The notes under the pieces were generated by a model, which saw only the letters and a program-made list of their open reading frames with translations, was not told where the DNA came from and made no database searches. A DNA stretch of 64,000 nucleotides from contig JBLIOE010000002.1 of the NCBI GenBank assembly GCA_047639555.1, positions 44,072 through 108,071 on the forward strand. Reading direction: 5' to 3'. Made by a program: the position numbers and the translations under genes. Positions 57,113 to 64,000 of this stretch are shown in pieces. This stretch comes from Candidatus Aldehydirespiratoraceae bacterium. Lineage in GTDB: Bacteria; Actinomycetota; Acidimicrobiia; Acidimicrobiales; Aldehydirespiratoraceae. Numbering within the stretch: the first letter of the stretch is position 1; the number at the start of each line of letters is the position of its first letter.

Positions 57113-58068
57113 GCGCCAAACTGACCGCAAAAGAACGTATGGCGCGGCTTCTCGCCGTCATCCCGTGGGTCGTCGAACAAGACGGCGCGCCGCTCGACGA
57201 GATCAGCGAACGCTTCGACTATCCGCGGGCCCAACTCGTCGAGGACTTGACCGAAGTCGTCTTGTTTGTCGGGGTGTATCCCTTCACCCCCGATTCGTTG
57301 ATCGAAGTCGATATCACCGATGACAAGGTTGAGATTCGCTACGCCGATTGGTTCTCACAACCGCTCCGCCTCACGCCAGAAGAGGGCGCTCGACTTCTCA
57401 CCGCCGGCCGGTCCGTCCTGACGCTGAGCGAGGGCGACACCGACAACGCCGCAAGTGCGCTCCTTCGTGCGCTGACGAAGCTCGGAATGGCGCTCGGAGA
57501 TGGCGCCGACCAGGCCGTCGACGTCCGCCTCGGCGATGCCCCCGAAGCGATCCTCGACACGCTGCGTGAGTCGATCGCGTCCGGCACCCAGGTTGCGCTC
57601 GACTACTACACATATGGCCGAGACGAGCTCACCTCGCGTCGTGTCGATCCCGCCCGAGTCTTCAGCGACCACGGCAATTGGTACCTGCACGGGTTCTGCC
57701 ATCGCGCCGATGCCGAACGCGTCTTTCGGGTCGACCGCATTCGCGATGCGCACCGCACTGATGATGCGATCGTCCACGCCCTCGAGGGCGGCGGCGGATC
57801 GTTCACTCCACGCGGCGACGACCCCCGAATCCGTCTCCGTCTGCCTGCTGATGCAGCGTGGGTCGTGGAGCACTATCCCACCGAGGCCGCCGTCGTCGCC
57901 GACGATGGTTCGATCGATGTCACGATGGCCGTCACCGCTGTCCCGTGGCTCGAACGTTTGCTCCTACGGCTCGGCCCGACCACCGAAATCATCGAGGCAC
58001 CCGCACCCCTCGATGCCAACCTCGTGAGCGCCGCCGCCGAACGCACCCTTCGCCGGTACCAGCCCTAA
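57109..58068 (+). CDS. pafC: PafC (HTH plus WYL-domain regulator)
   Basis: MSAKLTAKERMARLLAVIPWV...GNWYLHGFCHRA. ATGA overlap with pafB. Confidence 0.85.
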   Translation: MSAKLTAKERMARLLAVIPWVVEQDGAPLDEISERFDYPRAQLVEDLTEVVLFVGVYPFTPDSLIEVDITDDKVEIRYADWFSQPLRLTPEEGARLLTAGRSVLTLSEGDTDNAASALLRALTKLGMALGDGADQAVDVRLGDAPEAILDTLRESIASGTQVALDYYTYGRDELTSRRVDPARVFSDHGNWYLHGFCHRADAERVFRVDRIRDAHRTDDAIVHALEGGGGSFTPRGDDPRIRLRLPADAAWVVEHYPTEAAVVADDGSIDVTMAVTAVPWLERLLLRLGPTTEIIEAPAPLDANLVSAAAERTLRRYQP

Positions 58069-58126
58069 CGATCTCGAATCCCGGGGGTCGACTTCTGCGG
58101 CGGAGTGGCCGGGTACCCTCTCGCAA

Positions 58127-58795
58127 GTGACCGAAGACGGACCCGACCCCAGCCTTCCCGGCGACGAACTCGCTCCGGAAGACGGCTTTTGGGCCGCTGA
58201 TGCCGACGCTCCCTCGGCGGCTCCCCGCTCAACGGTGCAGTCACAGCTTCGCACCTTGATCGAATGGGCCGGAGTAGCGGTCGGTGCTCTCGCGGTCGCG
58301 CTCCTCATCAAAGCCTTCCTGCTCCAGGCGTTCTATATCCCCACGGCGTCAATGGACCCGACGCTGGCGGAGAACGATCGCGTCCTCGTCAACAAACTGA
58401 GCTACCGGATTGGCGACGTACAACGAGGCGACATCATCGTGTTCTCTCGCCCCGCTGGCGCTCCGGGCACGATCGACGACTTCATCAAGCGGGTCATCGC
58501 CCTTCCGGGAGAAACTATCTCGTTCAGCGAGGGCGACGTCTTTATCGATGGCCGCTCGTTGTCCGAGGACTATGTCCACGATGCGCCGAGCACCAGCAGC
58601 GACATCATTCCTGGCTGCGACAATGCACCCGCGCTCACCGACACCTGCCAGGTACCCGACGACATGGTCTTCGTGATGGGCGACAATCGCCGGGCCAGCT
58701 TCGACAGCCGCCGATTCGGTCCGGTTGGTACCGACACCATCGTCGGGCGCGCCTTCCTGAAGGTGTGGCCCCTCGGCGATATCGGCTTTCTCTAG
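58127..58795 (+). CDS. lepB: Signal peptidase I
   Basis: IPTASMDPTL (Ser box), GDIIVF, IKRVIALPGE (Lys box), VMGDNRRASFDSR. Confidence 0.88.
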   Translation: MTEDGPDPSLPGDELAPEDGFWAADADAPSAAPRSTVQSQLRTLIEWAGVAVGALAVALLIKAFLLQAFYIPTASMDPTLAENDRVLVNKLSYRIGDVQRGDIIVFSRPAGAPGTIDDFIKRVIALPGETISFSEGDVFIDGRSLSEDYVHDAPSTSSDIIPGCDNAPALTDTCQVPDDMVFVMGDNRRASFDSRRFGPVGTDTIVGRAFLKVWPLGDIGFL

Positions 58796-58804
58796 CCGCC
58801 CCAG

Positions 58805-59509
58805 TCAGTCAAACGTGGCGGCAACCGCCGCCATACGTTCAGGGTGGTCTCCGGTGACCGCATCAATGCCCATGTCGATCAACCGCGCCAGCTGACGTTC
58901 GAAGTCGGCTCCCTCGGCGAAGGCGAGCACACCGAAACGGTGAAAGAGCGCCACCATGCCACCCGACCAGTCGGTTTCGGACATGGAGACGGCATCAATG
59001 CGGGCGGCTGCCAACTCGGCGGCTCGGCGTTCTGGCCCGAGTTCCATGTTGTCCAAGCTCGCACTGTTGACTAACTGCACTTCGGGGGCGACATCACGCC
59101 ATGCGGCCAGTACCTCCGGGTCGGTGTGGGCGAGCCACAGCCGATCGGCGCTCTCCATAGCGCGGGCCGTGGCGATCGCCGTCGGTCCATGGTCGGCGTC
59201 GTCGATCCGCACGCGAATGGGCAGGTCACCGCTGACCTCCAGCAGCTCAGCGAGCGTGACGAAGCCGTCGGGTAGACCAGCCGCGTTCACCCGGCTGATT
59301 TTTTGGCGACGTCCACGACGGGCGTATGGATCGCGATTGAGGACCACAACGCCGTCCAACGTCACCCAGCCATCACACTGGATGCCGGTGGCTCCGAGCT
59401 TGATAGCGAGTCGAAATGCCTCCAAAGAGTGCTCTCGTTCGTTCGCGCGGGCACCGCGATGTGCAAAGAGGATGGCGCGGTCCAGGAGCGATGGAAGGCG
59501 TGTGCCCAT
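58805..59509 (-). CDS. GDPD-fold protein, divergent (some metal/catalytic positions substituted)
   Basis: LFAHRGARANEREHSLEAF...GIQCDGWVTLDGVVVLNRD. Compared with the copy at 10634..11431, the IETD context reads IQCD and the FHDD context reads LNRD. Confidence 0.55.
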   Translation of the reverse strand: MGTRLPSLLDRAILFAHRGARANEREHSLEAFRLAIKLGATGIQCDGWVTLDGVVVLNRDPYARRGRRQKISRVNAAGLPDGFVTLAELLEVSGDLPIRVRIDDADHGPTAIATARAMESADRLWLAHTDPEVLAAWRDVAPEVQLVNSASLDNMELGPERRAAELAAARIDAVSMSETDWSGGMVALFHRFGVLAFAEGADFERQLARLIDMGIDAVTGDHPERMAAVAATFD

Positions 59510-59676
59510 GCTGCATGATCCCATCTCTAGGGACCGATGACACACGCGGAACGACATTCACCAAGAACTGAGTCCGATGAACCACCGAAACCAGGCCTCG
59601 CGGCCCTTTAGGAGGGTGCAAGACTTGCCGATGGATGACAGCACACGGGCATAACGAATGGGGCACCCTCCGCACT

Positions 59677-60009
59677 ATGGCTACGATCCGAGCAAGTTGC
59701 GAAGAATGCGGAGACGTAGAACTGACGACGGCTGATGTCCGCGTTCGGGTCTGCACCGACGATAATCGCGGCGAGTACAGCTTCCGCTGTCCGACCTGCG
59801 TGATGACCGTGGTGAAGTCCGCCGAGCCGCGCACGATTGATCTTCTCATCGCCTCCGGTGTCTCGATGGATACATGGTCGCTCCCTGCGGAGCTCGGCGA
59901 GGCGAAGGTCGGCCGGCCGATCACCCACGACGATCTTCTCGAGTTCCACGACAAGCTGCACGACAGCTCATCGTGGAACGAAGCCTTGTCGCACCTTCTC
60001 GATAACTGA
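59677..60009 (+). CDS. Hypothetical zinc-ribbon protein
   Basis: MATIRASCEECGDVELTTADV...FRCPTCVMTV has two CxxC pairs. 110 aa. Confidence 0.45.
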   Translation: MATIRASCEECGDVELTTADVRVRVCTDDNRGEYSFRCPTCVMTVVKSAEPRTIDLLIASGVSMDTWSLPAELGEAKVGRPITHDDLLEFHDKLHDSSSWNEALSHLLDN

Positions 60010-60107
60010 CCCCAGCGAGAGCTGGGTGGTCGAGGCGCCAGCCGCCAGTTGCGGAGCTGTGGAATGCATCACCGTTTGTTCATGAAGCGATCAGTAGCGT
60101 CGTCCTC

Positions 60108-60362
60108 GTGAGTTGGACCCTGCTGGCCCCGGCCTTCTCGATCGTTGTCACCCTGGTCGTGCTGGCATGGGCCATGCACCGCGTCGAAGCCGAGCTCCAG
60201 CAGCTTCGTTTGTCGTTGCAGCGGAGCCGAGTGGCCGCCGTCGCCACCGACGAACTCCAGAGAGATGCTCGTCGCGTTGCCTCCGAGATCGGACGAATCG
60301 ACGAGAAGAACCGGCACCGTCGCGAACGGCGCCGATCCCGACGAGTCCACGACCGTCGATAG
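60108..60362 (+). CDS. Small N-terminally anchored membrane protein with a basic coiled tail, hypothetical
   Basis: 84 aa. TM LLAPAFSIVVTLVVLAWAM, then an R-rich tail. It ends 9 nt before tatA. Confidence 0.4.
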   Translation: MSWTLLAPAFSIVVTLVVLAWAMHRVEAELQQLRLSLQRSRVAAVATDELQRDARRVASEIGRIDEKNRHRRERRRSRRVHDRR

Positions 60363-60371
60363 GCTGACCGC

Positions 60372-60701
60372 ATGTTTTCGAACATCGGCGGCCTTGAGGT
60401 CGTATTTGTCGCCATGGTGGCCTTGATCATTCTTGGTCCGAACAAACTTCCTGAAGCCGCGCGCCAGATCGGCAAGTTCGTCGGTGAAGCGCGAAAGATC
60501 TCTAGCGGGTTCCAGCGAGAGTTCCGCGAGGCCATCCAGGAACCGATCCAGGAGGCCGAGGCGCGGGCCCGCGGTGCGGTCACCAACACCAAGAAGGCAA
60601 TTGTCGAACCCTTCAACATCGACACCAAGACACCAGCGCCGGCGGCCAAGCCTGACGCAGAGGAGCCTGCCGCCAACGAGCCGCCAGTGAACGATGACTG
60701 A
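60372..60701 (+). CDS. tatA: Twin-arginine translocase subunit TatA/E
   Basis: MFSNIGGLEVVFVAMVALIILGPNKLPEAARQIGKFV... Confidence 0.88.
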   Translation: MFSNIGGLEVVFVAMVALIILGPNKLPEAARQIGKFVGEARKISSGFQREFREAIQEPIQEAEARARGAVTNTKKAIVEPFNIDTKTPAPAAKPDAEEPAANEPPVNDD

Positions 60702-61467
60702 CACTGAGGCTGACACCGAGGCGGGGTCGCGCATCGAGTCACGTATGACTCTGATCGAGCACCTCACGGAGCTCCGACGGCGGCTCATCTTCTCGTTCAT
60801 CGCGATCACGATCGGAGCGGTCGCCGGTTGGATCTTCTATCAAACCATCATCGACTTCCTGAGTGAGCCGTACTGTTCAGTTGCGAAAGACTGCCGGCTC
60901 TTCAACCGCGAGCCGCTCGAGAACTTCAATGTGAAGCTCACGATCGCCGGCTATAGCGGCGTCATCTTGGCGAGTCCCGTAATTCTTTGGCAGGTTTGGC
61001 GTTTCGTCGCGCCTGGGTTGTATTCGCACGAGAAGAAGTATGCGATTCCGTTTATCGTGTCGGCAGTGTCGCTGTTCTTCCTCGGGGCAGGACTTGCGTA
61101 CTGGAGCGCACCAAAGGCGCTGCAATGGCTGTCGGACCTCGGCGGCGAGAACTTCGAAGAGATCTTCGCCCCCTCGGCGTACTTCGGCTTCATCGTCAAG
61201 ATGATGGTGGGGTTCGGAATTGGATTCGAGTTCCCGATCGCGCTGATCTTCCTGCAAGTGCTGGGTCTGGTCGAAAATAAGACCCTTCGCGAAGGTCGGC
61301 AGTACGCAATCGTCGGCATTGTCGCGCTCGTCGCAGTCATCACCCCAAGCGGTGACCCGTTCACGCTCGCCGTGCTTTCCGTGCCGATGTACATCTTCTA
61401 CGAGTTCTCGATCCTCTTCGGACGTATTCGGATACGACGGGCTACCAAGGCAGCTGTTGCCGAGTGA
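60694..61467 (+). CDS. tatC: Twin-arginine translocase subunit TatC
   Basis: 257 aa, 6 TM. MTLIEHLTELRRRLI... Confidence 0.9.
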   Translation: MTDTEADTEAGSRIESRMTLIEHLTELRRRLIFSFIAITIGAVAGWIFYQTIIDFLSEPYCSVAKDCRLFNREPLENFNVKLTIAGYSGVILASPVILWQVWRFVAPGLYSHEKKYAIPFIVSAVSLFFLGAGLAYWSAPKALQWLSDLGGENFEEIFAPSAYFGFIVKMMVGFGIGFEFPIALIFLQVLGLVENKTLREGRQYAIVGIVALVAVITPSGDPFTLAVLSVPMYIFYEFSILFGRIRIRRATKAAVAE

Positions 61468-63974
61468 CCGAGCCCGATAGCCCCGGCTTTCGTCTCGACC
61501 GATTCCAGACCGAGGCAATGGCCCACATCGACGCAGGCCGCTCCGTTCTCGTCGGCGCGCCCACGGGCAGCGGCAAGACGTTGATTGCGGAGCATGCGAT
61601 CGATCGCGCTCTCGAAGCCGGACGACGAGCGTTCTACACCACCCCCATCAAGGCGCTCTCGAATCAGAAGTATCGCGACCTGGCGGCGCGTATCGGCAGC
61701 TCCCGTGTGGGTCTGCTCACCGGCGACAACGCGATCAATCCCGACGCTGATGTGGTGGTGATGACCACCGAAGTGCTCCGCAACATGCTCTACGAGGGCC
61801 GCTCCCTCGACGAGTTGTCATTCGTCGTGCTCGACGAAGTGCACTATCTCGAAGACTCGTTTCGGGGCCCAGTCTGGGAAGAGGTAATTCTTCACCTCCC
61901 GCTGCATGTCGCGCTGGTGTGCCTCTCGGCCACTGTGTCGAACAGCGACGAGGTCAGCGGCTGGCTCACCTCGGTGCGCGGCCCCACCGAGGTGATCTCT
62001 GAGACCGCTCGTCCGGTCGAGCTCACCAACCTCTACGCGGTTGGCGACCGACGCGGCGACCGTCTCCACGTGATTCCCACGCTGGTCGACGGTAAGCCGA
62101 ACCCCGAGGGCGATCGTTTCGACCCCGATCTTCGACGTGGCCGTCGCAACGATCCGAAGGGCAAGAAGAAGCGACCGCCGTGGCGCACGCCAAACCGACT
62201 CGAGCTGCTCGACGACCTTGAGAAGAAGGACCTTCTTCCGGTGATTTGGTTCGTCTTCAGCCGAAAGGGCTGCGACGAGGCCGCCACCACCGTGATGAGA
62301 GCAGGGGCGCGCTACACCACCAAGGAAGAATCGGCCCGGATCCGACAGATCGCCGACGAACGTCTCGCCGGTCTCAACGCCAGCGACCTCGCGCTGCTCG
62401 ACTCGAAGAACTGGCTCGAACGGCTGGAGCGAGGAATCGCGTCACACCACGCGGGCCTAGTGCCCGCGTTCAAAGAAGCCGTCGAAGTGTGCTTCGCGGA
62501 AGGTCTCGTTCGGGTCGTCTTCGCGACCGAGACGCTCGCTCTGGGGGTCAACCTCCCCGCCCGGAGCGTGGTGATCGACAAGCTGACGAAATTCACCGGC
62601 GAGGGCCACGAGACACTCACGCCCGCCCAGTTCACGCAGCTCACCGGACGAGCCGGTCGACGAGGTATCGATGAGCGGGGTCACGCCATCGTGCCGTGGT
62701 CGCCCTTCACGCAGTTCGACACTGTCGCCAGTCTGGCGGGAAGCCGAGCGTTCAAGCTGCGGTCCGCCTTTCGGCCCACCTACAACATGGCCGTCAACCT
62801 GCTGCAACGCCACAAGCCCGACGCCGCTCGAGCGCTCCTCGCTCGGAGCTTTGCCCAATACCAGGCGAATGCCGGAGTGGTCAGGCTCGAAAACCGGCTC
62901 GTGCGCGAACGCGCGAAACTCAAAGAACTCAAAGCGGAGGTTGCGATGCAATCCCGCGATGACGACTCCGACGACGAAGGCCTCGTGGACGAGGGGGCAA
63001 TCGCCGATGCTGTGTCCCGTCTCCGACCTGGTGACGTAGTTCTGGACGACAATGGAGACCGCCTTGCGGTAATCGGCGTGAGCTGGCGCAAGGGCGGCCG
63101 CGCCCGTATGCGCTTCGTGAGCCAGTCAGGGCACGAACACCGCTGGGAACTCGCCGACCTCGACGATCCGCCGTTCACCGTCGGCCAGATCAAGCTTCCG
63201 CAGCCCATGGCCCCCGAACGCATCGATTATCGCCAGGAGGTAGCCACCGCTCTTCGGCGAATGGATTCGACTACCTCAGCTCGCAAGACGCGCCGAGCGC
63301 AGCAGCGCAACGATCCGCGGGCCGCGCTTTCGAGACTGGAGCAAGAGGTTCGACACCTCGAGAAGAAGGCCCGGCTCGACAAGGGCTCCGTCGCTCGCCG
63401 CTTCGACGCTACGTGTGAGGTGCTGCGCGCTCGCGGCCATCTCGACGAGTGGGCCGTGACGGATTCGGGCATCACGCTCGGGCGGGTGTACCACGAATCA
63501 GATTTACTCATCGCTGAGGCACTCGCGGCAGGACTTCTCGACGGGCTCGATCCGCCGGAGTTGGCTTCGCTCGTCTCGTGTTTCACCTACGAGCATCGAC
63601 GACCCGGTGCGCCCCCGGAGCCCTGGTTCCCGTCGAAGGCGGCCAAGGACCGCTTCCAAGAGCTCCAGCGCATGGCCAGCGAGATCGCTGCCCTCGAACG
63701 CCAACACGACGTGCCCGAGACCCGTGCCCCCGAGGCTGGCTTTGCGCCGAACGCCCATGCCTGGGCCGCGGGGGAGGAGCTTGCGGTGCTTCTCGCGAGC
63801 GATGAAGACCTCACGGCAGGCGACTTCGTTCGCAACATCAAGCAGCTGATGGATCTACTGCGCCAGATTGGTCAGGTGGCTGGCGTCCCCGCGACCGCAC
63901 GGTCAGCCCGTCAGGCGGCCGAGGCGATTCATCGGGGTGTGGTGGCACTCTCCGGGTCGGTAGAAGTCGCGTGA
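61464..63974 (+). CDS. helY: Ski2-like DEAD/DEAH-box RNA helicase HelY
   Basis: 836 aa. GAPTGSGKT, VLDEVHYL, SATVSN, HHAGL..., TETLALGVNLPARSVV, QLTGRAGRRGID. GTGA overlap with tatC. Same position as mycobacterial helY. Confidence 0.88.
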   Translation: MTEPDSPGFRLDRFQTEAMAHIDAGRSVLVGAPTGSGKTLIAEHAIDRALEAGRRAFYTTPIKALSNQKYRDLAARIGSSRVGLLTGDNAINPDADVVVMTTEVLRNMLYEGRSLDELSFVVLDEVHYLEDSFRGPVWEEVILHLPLHVALVCLSATVSNSDEVSGWLTSVRGPTEVISETARPVELTNLYAVGDRRGDRLHVIPTLVDGKPNPEGDRFDPDLRRGRRNDPKGKKKRPPWRTPNRLELLDDLEKKDLLPVIWFVFSRKGCDEAATTVMRAGARYTTKEESARIRQIADERLAGLNASDLALLDSKNWLERLERGIASHHAGLVPAFKEAVEVCFAEGLVRVVFATETLALGVNLPARSVVIDKLTKFTGEGHETLTPAQFTQLTGRAGRRGIDERGHAIVPWSPFTQFDTVASLAGSRAFKLRSAFRPTYNMAVNLLQRHKPDAARALLARSFAQYQANAGVVRLENRLVRERAKLKELKAEVAMQSRDDDSDDEGLVDEGAIADAVSRLRPGDVVLDDNGDRLAVIGVSWRKGGRARMRFVSQSGHEHRWELADLDDPPFTVGQIKLPQPMAPERIDYRQEVATALRRMDSTTSARKTRRAQQRNDPRAALSRLEQEVRHLEKKARLDKGSVARRFDATCEVLRARGHLDEWAVTDSGITLGRVYHESDLLIAEALAAGLLDGLDPPELASLVSCFTYEHRRPGAPPEPWFPSKAAKDRFQELQRMASEIAALERQHDVPETRAPEAGFAPNAHAWAAGEELAVLLASDEDLTAGDFVRNIKQLMDLLRQIGQVAGVPATARSARQAAEAIHRGVVALSGSVEVA

Positions 63975-64000
63975 GCGCCGAAGTAGGAACAGTCGCGTGA

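Noticed and set aside
1-64000. Looked for rRNA, tRNA (T-loop GGTTCGAnTCC), CRISPR repeats, IS/transposase, integrase, prophage or toxin-antitoxin genes
   Set aside because: None recognised. The intergenic spaces are too short or lack the motifs, and no ORF translation shows DDE/tyrosine-recombinase or phage structural signatures. A proper tRNAscan/Infernal/ISfinder run would be needed to be certain.

Overview
High-GC actinobacterial chromosome segment, almost fully coding, with about 68 protein genes. I recognised no rRNA, tRNA, CRISPR array, transposase or integrase.

Left third (1-11.4 kb):
- cell-envelope glycan genes: an AftD-like GT-C enzyme that runs off the left edge and is absent from the ORF track, a GT4, two GT2 and an FAD oxidoreductase
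- a GGDEF-EAL gene broken by two 1-nt frameshifts
- a 0.7-kb C-rich non-coding gap
- a lytic transglycosylase

Middle: pyk, DUF3151, mobA, rhodanese, rnd, a ClC channel, a minimal McrB/McrC-like pair, a LOG-family protein, fbiC with an overlapping HxlR regulator, an SLH-CAP secreted protein, an SNF2 helicase (helZ-like), acyl-CoA dehydrogenase, tal, tkt, a FIST protein and a TetR regulator.

Right third:
- a tightly packed operon: PBP4-like pseudo-enzyme, Lon-N domain protein, three small membrane proteins, ThiS/TtuB-like + TtuA-like + trmI, and a secreted serine protease
- the complete Pup-proteasome system (arc ... dop-pup-prcB-prcA-pafA-pafB-pafC), then lepB, tatA-tatC and helY. This is the synteny known from Mycobacterium (mpa to helY region).
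- arc and dop are separated by an amino-acid ABC transporter plus an Asp/Glu-racemase-family gene.

Best candidates for something new:
- the McrBC-derived pair with no reader domain and no recognisable nuclease motif (18658-20597)
- the unexplained repeat-bearing 0.7-kb gap (8519-9210)
- the ubiquitin-fold sulfur-carrier/TtuA/TrmI module next to the Pup system

All family assignments come from reading the translations by eye. None was verified by a database search.
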